In this document: one piece after another, positions 8,222 to 18,274 of the stretch | Layout of the letters: every line of letters begins with the position of its first letter | Numbering within the stretch: the stretch's first letter is position 1 | DNA from: Desulfobacteraceae bacterium Eth-SRB1 | Lineage (GTDB): Bacteria > Desulfobacterota > Desulfobacteria > Desulfobacterales > ETH-SRB1 | Assembly (NCBI GenBank): GCA_004193555.1 | Contig: RPGP01000029.1 | Location: 36,093-100,092 of the forward strand | Reading direction: 5' to 3' | Length of the DNA: 64,000 nucleotides | Translations under genes and position numbers: made by a program | Notes under the pieces: generated by a model | The model's input: only the letters and a program-made list of their open reading frames with translations | What the model was told of the DNA's origin: nothing | The model's database searches: none

Positions 8222-10813
8222 ATGACTGACAGGATTTTTTCTCGCCCGGCTATCCCCCTTCTGGCATCTATAATATCCGGAATCATCCTTGGTTCCCTGT
8301 TGCCAGGCTATGAAATTCCGGCATATCCGGCTGTATTATTATGTTCAGGCATAATAATTTATAATATTTTACATGACAAAACTTCATCGTTTTTTATCCT
8401 GATTATTTTTTTTGCCCTGGGGTATCTCTTGATACAGCCGTGGGTTGCGCCCAGGCTTCCTTCCAGCCACATCACACATTTTACAGATTCAGGTCGATGG
8501 CTGATTACTGGCGAGATCGACAAAAACCCATCAAAAAATAATAATAGATTAAAGTTAATTTTACGTATTGAGACACTTGGAAAGGATGATAGATCTTTTT
8601 CTGTAACAGGAAAAATTCGTGTTACAGTATTTGGTAATATCCCTGAACTATATGTGGGAGACAGGATTTCCTTTGTCAGCAAAATCAGATCTATCAGGAA
8701 TTTCAGGAATCCAGGAGGATTTGATTATGAAAGATATATGAAGTTTAAGAAAATATGGGGAAGCGCATATGTGCAAGGCAGCAGACTCGCTGTACTTAAT
8801 CGAAATCCGGACAAGGGTGTTTACAGACTTATAGAAGAAACCCGCAGTAAAATATCTGCCTTTATAGATAAGACTGGGCATGGAGACCAAAAGAGTATAC
8901 TGAAAGCCTTAATTACAGGAGATAAAAGCGGAGTTTCAAAAAAACTGCGTGATGAATTTAATCGTGCAGGCGTTGGCCATCTATTAGCAATTTCAGGGCT
9001 TCACATAGGAATAGTTGCAACCTCTTCATTTATGTTTTTTCAGTGGCTGCTTTCTCGTTTTAGTTTTTTTCTGTGGAATGCATGGACCAAAAAGGGGGCG
9101 GCGATTTTATCGTTGTTTCCTGTATTTATATATGGTCTTATTTCAGGAATGTCGCCATCTACACAGAGGGCGGTGATTATGGTCACGGTCTTTCTTGTAA
9201 CATTCCTGTTTGAAAGAGAACATGATCTTATAAATACTTTAGCGCTGGCAGCAATGCTGATCCTTGTTATTTTCCCGCCCTCCCTTTTTTCGATTTCATT
9301 CCAGCTTTCATTTATAGCCGTTTTCTCAATTATATATGGCATGTCCATGACGTATAATAGCCGGATAAGTGATAGAAATATCAGTAACAAGACATGGCTT
9401 TTTAAGGCGTTGGAAATTCTGTTTTCTTTTATATTGGTTTCAATTTTTGCAATTCTTGGAACTTTGCCTATTGTCATGCATTATTTTAACCAGGTTTCTC
9501 TAATAGGTGTTTTTGCAAACCTGTTGCTTGTTCCCCTGATAGGATTTGTTGTAGTGCCCTTGGGGCTGTTTTCTGTATTTTTATATCCGATTAGCATCTC
9601 AGGAGCTTTGCTGTTTATTAATTCAAGCGCCGCAGTATTAGGATACGCTCTTGACATTGTATGTTTTATCGCTGAGTTGCCTTTTGCGGCAATAAAAACC
9701 ATCACCCCTGATTTTTTTGAGATAGGCTGTTATTATGTGCTTGGCTGGTCAATTTTAAGGTTAATTGGACTCAGGAGAAAAAAGGTTGCAGGTATAGATG
9801 GAAACGGCTCTTCTATTTCAGGAGATGCAGGGAGGAGATTTCAGAAGAATGGTGTTCCCGGACGAAAAACAGCGGCAATTGTCGCTGCAATAGTCATAGT
9901 CGCAGGTTGTGCTGATGCCGGTTACTGGTTGTATAACAGATTATGGCGCGATGATCTCAGGATTACCATTATTGATGTTGGCCAGGGTAGCTCTGCTCTT
10001 ATTGAACTGCCGGGGGGCCGGTGCGTTCTTATAGATGGAGGTGGGTTTTCAGATAATGCTGTATTTGATGTTGGGGAAAGGATAATCGCTCCGTTTTTAT
10101 GGAGCAAAAAGATTAAAACCATTGACACCATTATTCTTTCCCATCCGAATACCGATCACTTAAATGGTCTTTTATATATTGCGAGGCATTTCAATGTTAA
10201 AAGGGTATGGACAAACGGCGAGGTTGCAGATATCAACAGCTATCGCATGTTCATGGATATTATTGATGAAAATAATATTTATATGCCTGAATTTAAAGAC
10301 ATACAGCGTATGCATGAGATAAAGGGAGTAGGCATTAAAATTCTTTATCCACCGGATGATTATATTGTAAAAAGAGAAAAGGAAAAATGGCGTAATTTAA
10401 ATAACAATTCTCTTGTAATAAAAATTGAATTTGGATCAAAGTCGTTTCTTTTTCCAGGAGATATTATGGCTGGCGGCGAAAGAGAACTTGTTGCGATTGC
10501 GGGGGATGAATTAGAAAGCACAGTTCTTATAGCGCCCCATCATGGGAGCAGGACATCAAGCACAGAACTGTTTTTGAAAAAAATAAAACCGGAAGTCGTG
10601 ATCGTATCGGCAGGCTGGCAAAACAGGTTTAATTTTCCGCACCCGACTGTATTAAAAAAATTCTATAAATTAGGATGCCGTATATTTCGCACAGACATAA
10701 ACGGAGCACTAACAATATCAACCGATGGCCAATCCTTAAAGATCAAGCCTTTCGAACCAGCCACAGATTTACACAGACCCGCCTGCCACTGCGAGGCACG
10801 AGCGGGCAGATGA
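8222..10813 (+). CDS. comEC: DNA internalization competence protein ComEC/Rec2
   Basis: HLLAISGLHIG competence domain; DVGQG, SHPNTDH and PHHGS metallo-beta-lactamase motifs. Confidence 0.95.
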   Translation: MTDRIFSRPAIPLLASIISGIILGSLLPGYEIPAYPAVLLCSGIIIYNILHDKTSSFFILIIFFALGYLLIQPWVAPRLPSSHITHFTDSGRWLITGEIDKNPSKNNNRLKLILRIETLGKDDRSFSVTGKIRVTVFGNIPELYVGDRISFVSKIRSIRNFRNPGGFDYERYMKFKKIWGSAYVQGSRLAVLNRNPDKGVYRLIEETRSKISAFIDKTGHGDQKSILKALITGDKSGVSKKLRDEFNRAGVGHLLAISGLHIGIVATSSFMFFQWLLSRFSFFLWNAWTKKGAAILSLFPVFIYGLISGMSPSTQRAVIMVTVFLVTFLFEREHDLINTLALAAMLILVIFPPSLFSISFQLSFIAVFSIIYGMSMTYNSRISDRNISNKTWLFKALEILFSFILVSIFAILGTLPIVMHYFNQVSLIGVFANLLLVPLIGFVVVPLGLFSVFLYPISISGALLFINSSAAVLGYALDIVCFIAELPFAAIKTITPDFFEIGCYYVLGWSILRLIGLRRKKVAGIDGNGSSISGDAGRRFQKNGVPGRKTAAIVAAIVIVAGCADAGYWLYNRLWRDDLRITIIDVGQGSSALIELPGGRCVLIDGGGFSDNAVFDVGERIIAPFLWSKKIKTIDTIILSHPNTDHLNGLLYIARHFNVKRVWTNGEVADINSYRMFMDIIDENNIYMPEFKDIQRMHEIKGVGIKILYPPDDYIVKREKEKWRNLNNNSLVIKIEFGSKSFLFPGDIMAGGERELVAIAGDELESTVLIAPHHGSRTSSTELFLKKIKPEVVIVSAGWQNRFNFPHPTVLKKFYKLGCRIFRTDINGALTISTDGQSLKIKPFEPATDLHRPACHCEARAGR

Positions 10814-10966
10814 ACGCAGATAGGTTTAAATACAAAAAAATCACAAAGGAAGGGGAATTATTGAAGATTGAAGATTTGTGGAATCGCTTTGCTCTGTTTC
10901 TTTTTAAAAATTGATAGAATTCCTTCAATATTCAATCGACAATATTCAATTTTCAATAATATAATC

Positions 10967-11521
10967 TTAGTGCCTTAGTGCCTTTGTGGCTGAACTATTG
11001 CTTTTGTTCCAGGCCTTTTTCAATTCTTCTATTTTTGTTGCAAATTTTTGTTTCATCTCCTTGGGAACTACTTTGGCCATTTTTTCAGATATCGATGTAA
11101 CATGGGGGGCAAGCAGAGACTTTTTTATTACAGGCGCACCATTTGGGAGAAAGCTGGTGAAGACAATTAACAGAACAGAAACGATCAAGACCCCTTTGAT
11201 GATGCCGAACCCAGCCCCACAAATTCGATCAACCCAGCCCAAAAAGGCAATATTGAGTATATATTTAATGATTATTCCAAGGATGCTGATAATAAGAAAA
11301 ACACCACAAAAAACAATCATAAAGCTCAGTATGTTGCAGTATGAATCGTTTGATATCCAACCGGATAAAAATTCTGCAATCACAGTATAATAAGTATAGG
11401 CCGCATAAAAACCTCCAAACACACCGATTATTGAAGATATTTCTTTAATTAATCCTCTAAAAAAACCTCTTATAAGGCAAAAACCAGCAATAATTACTAT
11501 TATAATGTCAAATGTATTCAT
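10967..11521 (-). CDS. cvpA: CvpA family membrane protein
   Basis: GFFRGLIKEI...LGWVDRICGAGFG pattern; 4 TM segments. Confidence 0.85.
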   Translation of the reverse strand: MNTFDIIIVIIAGFCLIRGFFRGLIKEISSIIGVFGGFYAAYTYYTVIAEFLSGWISNDSYCNILSFMIVFCGVFLIISILGIIIKYILNIAFLGWVDRICGAGFGIIKGVLIVSVLLIVFTSFLPNGAPVIKKSLLAPHVTSISEKMAKVVPKEMKQKFATKIEELKKAWNKSNSSATKALRH

Positions 11522-11614
11522 GGGTTACCTTTAAAATAAAACTATAATCTCAAGTTTCGCATTCTTAATTTCCATTGCCGTCTAACACTTTCGAGGAATA
11601 GCAAGGTACGAAAC

Positions 11615-11743
11615 TTGACGAATTCGTAAAAAGTCAAATTCATCAGGTGTTAGGTGTTAAGATAAAACATTTAACTGTCATATCAAGATCTTAACACTTA
11701 ACACTGTTCGTAAAAAATGGTTTTTCGACTTTTTAAAATATCA
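11615..11743. repeat. Family A intergenic element
   Basis: TTGACGAATTCGTAAAAAGTC...GTGTTAGGTGTTAAGATAAAACATT...CTTAACACTTAACAC; core nearly identical to 59220-59278. Confidence 0.8.
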
Positions 11744-11835
11744 AAGCAGATATTTAAGTCAAGATGTATTTCTTTGTTGTAATTTGTTGTTTGCAATGGC
11801 TTAAAAGAATATGATATATAATAAAATTAATTTAT

Positions 11836-12834
11836 ATGGCGAACAATATGGATGATAAATCTGACAATATACAATTCGAACAGACCTTCTCTGATGTAGA
11901 TCTGGCAAGGCAGCTTTTTGGAGAGCATAACAACAACCTTCAGAGAATTGCGGATGCATTAGAGGTTAAAATTAATGCAAGAGGCAATACAGTATTTATT
12001 CAGGGAGATACTATTGCCGCAAACCTTGTGCAAAATATTCTCAGGCAGCTCTATGGTCTTTTGATTGATAATTATCCACTTTATCCCAATGATATCGATT
12101 ATGCTGTCAGGGTTCTGAGCGAAGATGACAGTGTTAATCTGAAAGATATTTTCATGGACACAGTTTTTATTACGTCCAAAAAGCATTCAATAACCCCCAA
12201 AAGCCGTGCGCAAAAAGAATATATTGATGCTATGCGGAAATATGATATGGTTTTTGGAATCGGGCCAGCCGGAACAGGGAAAACGTATCTGGCAATGGCT
12301 ATGGCGGTTGCATCGCTTTCAAAAGGTATGGTGAGCCGAATAATTCTTACAAGGCCGGCCGTGGAAGCAGGTGAAGCGCTTGGGTTTTTACCGGGAGATC
12401 TTACGGAAAAGGTTGATCCATACTTAAGGCCTCTTTATGATGCCCTTCATGATATGATGCATTTTGAAAAGGTATCAAATCTTATGAGGCGGGGAGTTAT
12501 TGAAGTAGCTCCCCTTGCTTTCATGCGCGGAAGAACATTAAATGATTCATTTGTTATTTTAGATGAAGCGCAAAACACTACGTCAGAACAGATGAAGATG
12601 TTACTTACCCGTATAGGATTCAGCTCAAAGGCTGTTATTACAGGTGATATAACCCAGACTGATCTCCCGACAGATAAGACTTCCGGACTTGTTGAAACAA
12701 AGAATATTCTGCAGGGGATAGATGGAATCAAGTTTGTCTTTTTTTCAAAAACCGATGTTGTTCGTCACAGGCTGGTTCAGGAAATAATAAAAGCCTATGA
12801 AGATCTGGACGCAATAAAAAAATTGGGGGATTGA
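11836..12834 (+). CDS. phoH: PhoH family ATPase
   Basis: GPAGTGKT Walker A, RPAVEAGE, MRGRT, DEAQN. Confidence 0.95.
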   Translation: MANNMDDKSDNIQFEQTFSDVDLARQLFGEHNNNLQRIADALEVKINARGNTVFIQGDTIAANLVQNILRQLYGLLIDNYPLYPNDIDYAVRVLSEDDSVNLKDIFMDTVFITSKKHSITPKSRAQKEYIDAMRKYDMVFGIGPAGTGKTYLAMAMAVASLSKGMVSRIILTRPAVEAGEALGFLPGDLTEKVDPYLRPLYDALHDMMHFEKVSNLMRRGVIEVAPLAFMRGRTLNDSFVILDEAQNTTSEQMKMLLTRIGFSSKAVITGDITQTDLPTDKTSGLVETKNILQGIDGIKFVFFSKTDVVRHRLVQEIIKAYEDLDAIKKLGD

Positions 12835-12917
12835 GGAATTTAGGGATTCAGGAATTGAGGAATTAAAAGTAACAATATCCTTCAATTCCTAAATTCGCAA
12901 TTCCTAAATTATGAATA

Positions 12918-15329
12918 ATGAATATCGATAAAAGCAAAGAATCGGTCAACAGGATTTTTGAGAACAGCAAGTATGTTCGATGGGTTATTCTGCTGGTTGT
13001 TACAATAATATTTACCATTATCATTTATCCGAGTCTTGTTATCACAGAGCATTCTTACGAGGAAGGGGAGGTTGCTGAAAGGGATATAAAGGCTCCAATA
13101 GATTTTTTTATAGAGGATATTGATGCAACTGAGACAAACCGCAGGCTGGCTGTTGAGAAAATATTGACCGTTTACGATCATGATGCGGCCCTTGCAGAAA
13201 AATTAAGCCGTAATGTGAGAGAAGTCTTTGCTGATCTTAGAGGAGTGTTTGAATCCGAGAGAGAAAATCAAAATGAAATTACGGCAAAAAACCCACATCC
13301 CTCATCAGCCGAGATCAGCATGGATAATGCTTCAATACATAAGCAAATTCTTCATATGAAGGAAAGTTTTGAAGATAAAATCGGTATAAGTGTGAGCAAA
13401 GGCGCATATTCAATTCTTGAGAAGGAAAAGTTTTCTATTGAGATTTCTAATTTTATAACAGGCATTTTAATAAGAATTCTTGAAAACGGTGTTGTTACAA
13501 ACAAGGAGATTCTGCTTAGAGAGTCTGATAAAGGGATATTGTTAAGAGATGTCGAAACAAAGACAAATAAGCTTGTTAACAACTTAAAACAATTTTACGG
13601 TCTTGACCAGGCGAAAACTATGGTTAGAATTGTCGGTCAACCTCTTCTCAAAGGGGTTAACTATTCTCTGGTAAATCTCATTGTTGACTTTGTTCAAAGT
13701 TTAATACAGCCAAACATAACATTAAACAGAAGTGAAACAGAAGAACTGAAAAAAAAGGCCGCAGCAGAAGTTAAGCCTGTTCTTCATAAAATCATGGCCG
13801 GAGAAATGCTTTTACGCGAAGGAGAAAGGGTTACTAAAATCCAGCGGTTAAAGCTCAATACTTTGCAGGCACAGATAAAAAAGAAACAAATATTTGCAAG
13901 TAGTATTGGATCTGCAATGCTGATTATGTCCCTTTTTGTGATAAGCTATATTCTTTATATAGGCAAACATAGCTATATTATGCGGGATCAGAACAAAAAT
14001 CTGCTGTTTATGGCCAGTATGCTCATCACTTTTTTTATCCTTGCCAGAATATCCGTATCTGTTTCCGAAACACTTACACTCAGTACGCCATTTTCCCTGT
14101 CTGCTTCATCAGTGCTTTTTGGTGTTCCCCTTGCTGCGTGTGCTATGACCATATGTTTATTTATGGGATTTGAAACGGCTGTTTCCTTTGCCATGGTAAT
14201 TGCAGTCAGTACAGCGATAATATTTCAAAATAGATTTGAAATGTTTATATATTTTTTACTTAACAGCACAATGGCGGCTTATTGGATTCAAAATTGCAGA
14301 GAACGGAAAGTATTTATAAAAGCAGGAGTAAAACTCGGCTTGCTGAATGTATTGCTTGCAACGGCAATAAACATTTATATGGCGGACTCTTCAGGCTTAA
14401 CGCTGTTATATAGCTGTGCTTTTGCATTTATAGGCGGCATTAGCGCAGGCATTGTTACAGCAGGAATTGTGCCTCTTGTAGAAATTGCATTTGATTACAC
14501 GACAGATATCAAGCTACTGGAGCTTGCAAACCTTGATCGTCCGATTCTCCGCAGGCTAATGATTGAGGCTCCCGGCACCTATCATCATTCCGTTATTGTC
14601 GGCTCAATGGTTGAAGCCGCAGCCTCTGAGATAGGCGCCAATCCATTGCTTGCAAAAGTTTGCGGATATTATCACGATATCGGTAAGATCAAAAAGCCGA
14701 TGTATTTTATTGAAAACCAGACAAATGGAAAAAACAGGCATGATAAGCTTGCCCCTTCAATGTCCAGCCTCATATTGATAGCTCATATTAAAAATGGTGT
14801 AGAGATGGCAAGGGAGAATAAGCTGGGACAGGATATAATCGACACAATAAGACAACACCACGGTACAAGCCTTATCAGTTTCTTTTACGAAAAAGCAAAG
14901 AAACAAAAAGGCGAGGATGCGGTAGATATTGACAACTTCAGGTACCCCGGCCCCAAACCTCAGACAAAAGAAGCCGCTCTTGTCATGCTGGCGGATGTGG
15001 TTGAGGCCGCATCAAGAACACTTGATAATCCCACAACATCCAGGATACATGGACTTGTTCAGAATTTGATAAACAAAATTTTCTCAGATGGTCAACTCGA
15101 AGATTGTGAACTTACGTTAAAAGATTTGCATAATATTGCAAAGAGCTTCAATAATATATTAAGCGGAATATACCATCACAGAATTGAATATCCCGAGAAA
15201 CTCGTCTTGCAAAATGGAAAAGGAGCAAATGGTAATTCGGTTAGACAACAGGCAACGCAGGCACAAGATATATCCGAAAAGGATAAAGCAAACGGCACAG
15301 GCCATATTAGACGACTTGGATTGTTCTGA
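12918..15329 (+). CDS. 7TM-HDIG phosphohydrolase (PgpH-like)
   Basis: Extracellular 7TM-HD domain, TM bundle, GTYHHS / YYHDIGK HD domain. Confidence 0.9.
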   Translation: MNIDKSKESVNRIFENSKYVRWVILLVVTIIFTIIIYPSLVITEHSYEEGEVAERDIKAPIDFFIEDIDATETNRRLAVEKILTVYDHDAALAEKLSRNVREVFADLRGVFESERENQNEITAKNPHPSSAEISMDNASIHKQILHMKESFEDKIGISVSKGAYSILEKEKFSIEISNFITGILIRILENGVVTNKEILLRESDKGILLRDVETKTNKLVNNLKQFYGLDQAKTMVRIVGQPLLKGVNYSLVNLIVDFVQSLIQPNITLNRSETEELKKKAAAEVKPVLHKIMAGEMLLREGERVTKIQRLKLNTLQAQIKKKQIFASSIGSAMLIMSLFVISYILYIGKHSYIMRDQNKNLLFMASMLITFFILARISVSVSETLTLSTPFSLSASSVLFGVPLAACAMTICLFMGFETAVSFAMVIAVSTAIIFQNRFEMFIYFLLNSTMAAYWIQNCRERKVFIKAGVKLGLLNVLLATAINIYMADSSGLTLLYSCAFAFIGGISAGIVTAGIVPLVEIAFDYTTDIKLLELANLDRPILRRLMIEAPGTYHHSVIVGSMVEAAASEIGANPLLAKVCGYYHDIGKIKKPMYFIENQTNGKNRHDKLAPSMSSLILIAHIKNGVEMARENKLGQDIIDTIRQHHGTSLISFFYEKAKKQKGEDAVDIDNFRYPGPKPQTKEAALVMLADVVEAASRTLDNPTTSRIHGLVQNLINKIFSDGQLEDCELTLKDLHNIAKSFNNILSGIYHHRIEYPEKLVLQNGKGANGNSVRQQATQAQDISEKDKANGTGHIRRLGLF

Positions 15330-15672
15330 CGCAGAACTTTCCATTCTGATTGTTGATGATCTCCAGATGGAAGTATTAAATAGAGAGTATTTAGATCGCA
15401 GCGGAACAACAAACGTCATTTCTTTTTCCATGCAGGAGGGCGAATTTTCAAATATAACTCCTCAGCTTTTAGGCGATGTGGTCATTTCTATTGAAACTGC
15501 TTATAAAGAGGGAGAAGTTGCGGGTATCAGCACGGAGGAGCGTTTTACGCAGCTTCTGGTGCACGGCATTCTCCACCTTTTTGGTTATGATCATGAGAAT
15601 TCAAAGGAAGAAGCGGATAAAATGGAGAAAAAGAGTAATGAGTTGTTGGATGTGTTGAGCGTTAAGTGTTAG
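15229..15672 (+). CDS. ybeY: rRNA maturation endoribonuclease YbeY
   Basis: HGILHLFGYDH zinc motif; probable start ATG15229 after AGGAG; overlaps the upstream gene. Confidence 0.93.
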   Translation: MVIRLDNRQRRHKIYPKRIKQTAQAILDDLDCSDAELSILIVDDLQMEVLNREYLDRSGTTNVISFSMQEGEFSNITPQLLGDVVISIETAYKEGEVAGISTEERFTQLLVHGILHLFGYDHENSKEEADKMEKKSNELLDVLSVKC

Positions 15673-15682
15673 GTGACTAAAA

Positions 15683-15820
15683 GAAGTTACAAGTGCCTAA
15701 AGTGAGCTAAAGTACCTAAAGTTAATGGGTCGCTACGCTCCGTTTTTATATAAAATTGGTAGCGCCAAAGGCGCAATCCTTAACTTTAGGCACTTTAGCT
15801 CACTCGTAACTTGTAACTTT
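15683..15820. repeat. Family B palindromic element (GTGCCTAAAGTGAGCTAAAGT arms)
   Basis: Arms are inverted copies of each other; relatives at 18275-18366 and 52218-52362. Confidence 0.85.
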
Positions 15821-15843
15821 TATTATATATAGGAGGCTTATTG

Positions 15844-16563
15844 ATGGCGGGATTAGCTGTAAATGTTGATCATGTTGCAACATTAAGAGAAGCCAGAAAA
15901 ATACATTATCCTGAACCTGTGGCAGCGGCGGTATTTGCGGAACTGGCCGGGGCAGACGGGATAGTTGTCCACCTGCGGGAAGACAGGCGGCACATACAGG
16001 ATCGTGATGTCAGGATATTGCGAAAGATTGTTCAGACAAAACTTATTCTGGAGATGGCTTCAACATCTGAAATGGTTGGGATTGCTCTTGATATAAAACC
16101 TGACATTGTAACACTGGTGCCTGAAAAGCGTGAAGAGGTCACAACCGAGGGAGGCCTGGATCTTGTTGTGCATAAAAACAGTGTTGCCGAGGCAGTTGAC
16201 TCACTGCAGAACGGCGGTATTCCTGTAAGCATATTTATTGATACTGATCCGGAGCAGATAAAGCTGGCTCACCAGATAGACGCTGCCATGGTTGAAATTC
16301 ATACAGGAACATTTTGTGACGCAACAACATCTATTAAAAGAGAAAAGGCTTTTTCTACAATCGTTGATGCTGTTAAACTTGCGCACAAGCTGAAGCTAAA
16401 GGTCAATGCCGGTCATGGGATTTGTTATAAAACTATAAAAGCTTTTAAAGGTCTAAAAGAAATTGATGAGTTCAGCATTGGTCACAGCATTGTTTCAAGG
16501 GCGGTTCTTGTGGGAATGGAAAGAGCTGTTAAAGAGATGTTGGCGCTTATTAAAGAACTTTAA
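15844..16563 (+). CDS. pdxJ: Pyridoxine 5'-phosphate synthase
   Basis: VNVDHVATLR, HLREDRRHI, NAGHG. Confidence 0.97.
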   Translation: MAGLAVNVDHVATLREARKIHYPEPVAAAVFAELAGADGIVVHLREDRRHIQDRDVRILRKIVQTKLILEMASTSEMVGIALDIKPDIVTLVPEKREEVTTEGGLDLVVHKNSVAEAVDSLQNGGIPVSIFIDTDPEQIKLAHQIDAAMVEIHTGTFCDATTSIKREKAFSTIVDAVKLAHKLKLKVNAGHGICYKTIKAFKGLKEIDEFSIGHSIVSRAVLVGMERAVKEMLALIKEL

Positions 16564-16597
16564 TCCACAGATTACACGGATTACTCTAATATTTTGA

Positions 16598-16629
16598 TAC
16601 CCCCGCAGCTTGCCGCGGGGTAGTTCATT
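16598..16629. repeat. REP-like palindrome
   Basis: ATACCCCCGCAGCTTGCCGCGGGGTAGTTCATT hairpin. Confidence 0.6.
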
Positions 16630-16640
16630 GGAGCTCGATA

Positions 16641-18248
16641 ATGTATCTTGTAACAGCGAGTGAAATGCAGGAAATGGATCGCAAGACCATTGAGTCTTTT
16701 GGGATTCCCGGCAGGATTCTTATGGAAAATGCAGGCCGGGGCGCCACACAGGTTCTATTTGATAAATATGCCGGGCTTGCGAATAAAAAGGTTGGCGTTA
16801 TAGCCGGGCGAGGGAACAATGGCGGAGACGGTTTTGTAATCGCTCGTTATCTTTCCCAGAAAGGCACAAAAGTGACGGTATACCTTTTGTCGAAAAGCAG
16901 TCTAATTAAAGGTGATGCCGCTGCAAACCTGAAACTGTTAACCCCTTTAAGCATACCAGTTGTTGAAATTCCTGACAGGAAAGTTTTTTCAAAGCACAGG
17001 TCGTCTATTGTTCATCAGGAGATATGGGTTGATGCTATATTAGGAACCGGGCTGGAGTCGGATGTCAAGGGATATTTCAGAGAAGTTATTGAGTTTTTAA
17101 ACAGTCTAAACAAACCTGTTTTTGCAGTAGATATACCTTCAGGCCTTAACTCAGATACGGGCCAAGCGTGCGGCGTTTGTATTCGCGCAAACACTACTGC
17201 AACCTTTGCATTTGCAAAGATAGGGCAGATTTTCTTTCCCGGCGCAAATTATACAGGGGATCTTAAAATAGTGGAAATTGGAATACCGCCCCATATTGCC
17301 GAAGAAGTCGGGCCCAGGCAATATCTCTTAACGCGCGGTATGATCAGTGATTATTTAAAGCCGAGGTTGCAGGATGCACATAAGGGCAGCGCAGGTCATT
17401 TGCTCTTGATAGCGGGATCGCCGGGAAAAACCGGCGCTGCGGCAATGACCGCAATGTCGGCAATGCGAACGGGAGCAGGGCTTGTTACCTTGGGAATACC
17501 AAAGAGTTTAAATACTGTTTTGGAATCCCAGTGTCTCGAAGTAATGACATGTCCGTTATCGGAGACAATAGACGGCATGCTCAATGAATCTTCATTTCAG
17601 GCCATTATAGATCTTTTTTCCGGCAAAAAATGTTTTGCAATTGGGCCTGGAATCGGAACTTCCGCTGAAACAAAAAATCTTGTTCATCGGGTTATTCAGG
17701 AAAGCAAGATGCCGATTGTGATTGATGCTGACGGGTTAAACATTCTTGCCGGGCACACACAGATATTGCACAATCTAAAGGCTCCGGTTATTTTGACTCC
17801 TCATCCCGGAGAGATGGCAAGGTTGATTAATTCAAGCGCCAGCGCTGTGCAGAAAGACAGGATAAATTGCGCCAGGAATTTTGCGGAAAAATTTAATGTC
17901 CATCTGGTTTTAAAAGGCGCAAGAACGATAATTGCCCATCCTGACGGCAAGGTTTTTGTCAATCCCACCGGAAATTCAGGGATGGCATCCGGCGGAATGG
18001 GTGACGTGCTGACAGGAATAATAGCAGGCCTAATTACCCAGGGTTATTCTCCTGAATCAGCCGCACATGCCGGCGTGTACCTGCATGGGGCTGCTGCTGA
18101 CGAGATGGCTGAAACAAGAGGCCCTATAGGTTTTCTTGCATCAGATGTAATGAACGCCATACCCGGGCAAATTGGAAGGCATATCTCTCCTTCGTCATTC
18201 CGGCGAATGCCGGAATCCAGAATGCATAGGGAAGAAATTAGAGGGTGA
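16641..18248 (+). CDS. nnr: Bifunctional NAD(P)H-hydrate epimerase/dehydratase
   Basis: GRGNNGGDG, DIPSG, HKGSAG, TPHPGEM, SGGMGDVL. Confidence 0.95.
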   Translation: MYLVTASEMQEMDRKTIESFGIPGRILMENAGRGATQVLFDKYAGLANKKVGVIAGRGNNGGDGFVIARYLSQKGTKVTVYLLSKSSLIKGDAAANLKLLTPLSIPVVEIPDRKVFSKHRSSIVHQEIWVDAILGTGLESDVKGYFREVIEFLNSLNKPVFAVDIPSGLNSDTGQACGVCIRANTTATFAFAKIGQIFFPGANYTGDLKIVEIGIPPHIAEEVGPRQYLLTRGMISDYLKPRLQDAHKGSAGHLLLIAGSPGKTGAAAMTAMSAMRTGAGLVTLGIPKSLNTVLESQCLEVMTCPLSETIDGMLNESSFQAIIDLFSGKKCFAIGPGIGTSAETKNLVHRVIQESKMPIVIDADGLNILAGHTQILHNLKAPVILTPHPGEMARLINSSASAVQKDRINCARNFAEKFNVHLVLKGARTIIAHPDGKVFVNPTGNSGMASGGMGDVLTGIIAGLITQGYSPESAAHAGVYLHGAAADEMAETRGPIGFLASDVMNAIPGQIGRHISPSSFRRMPESRMHREEIRG

Positions 18249-18274
18249 GAATGGAAAGAAGATGAACGTCGAAT

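Noticed and set aside
8077-8286. 69-aa minus-strand ORF, and similar ORFs at 20149-20334, 29804-30001 and 52133-52339
   Set aside because: They are translations of intergenic palindromic repeats
15683-15820. CRISPR array suggested by short repeated units here and at 28985 and 52218
   Set aside because: The units are 7-10 nt, degenerate and mirrored, with no unique spacers and no cas genes
16563-16641. Missing acpS between pdxJ and nnr as a notable deletion
   Set aside because: Gene order varies among deltaproteobacteria, and the ancestral state cannot be shown from this window
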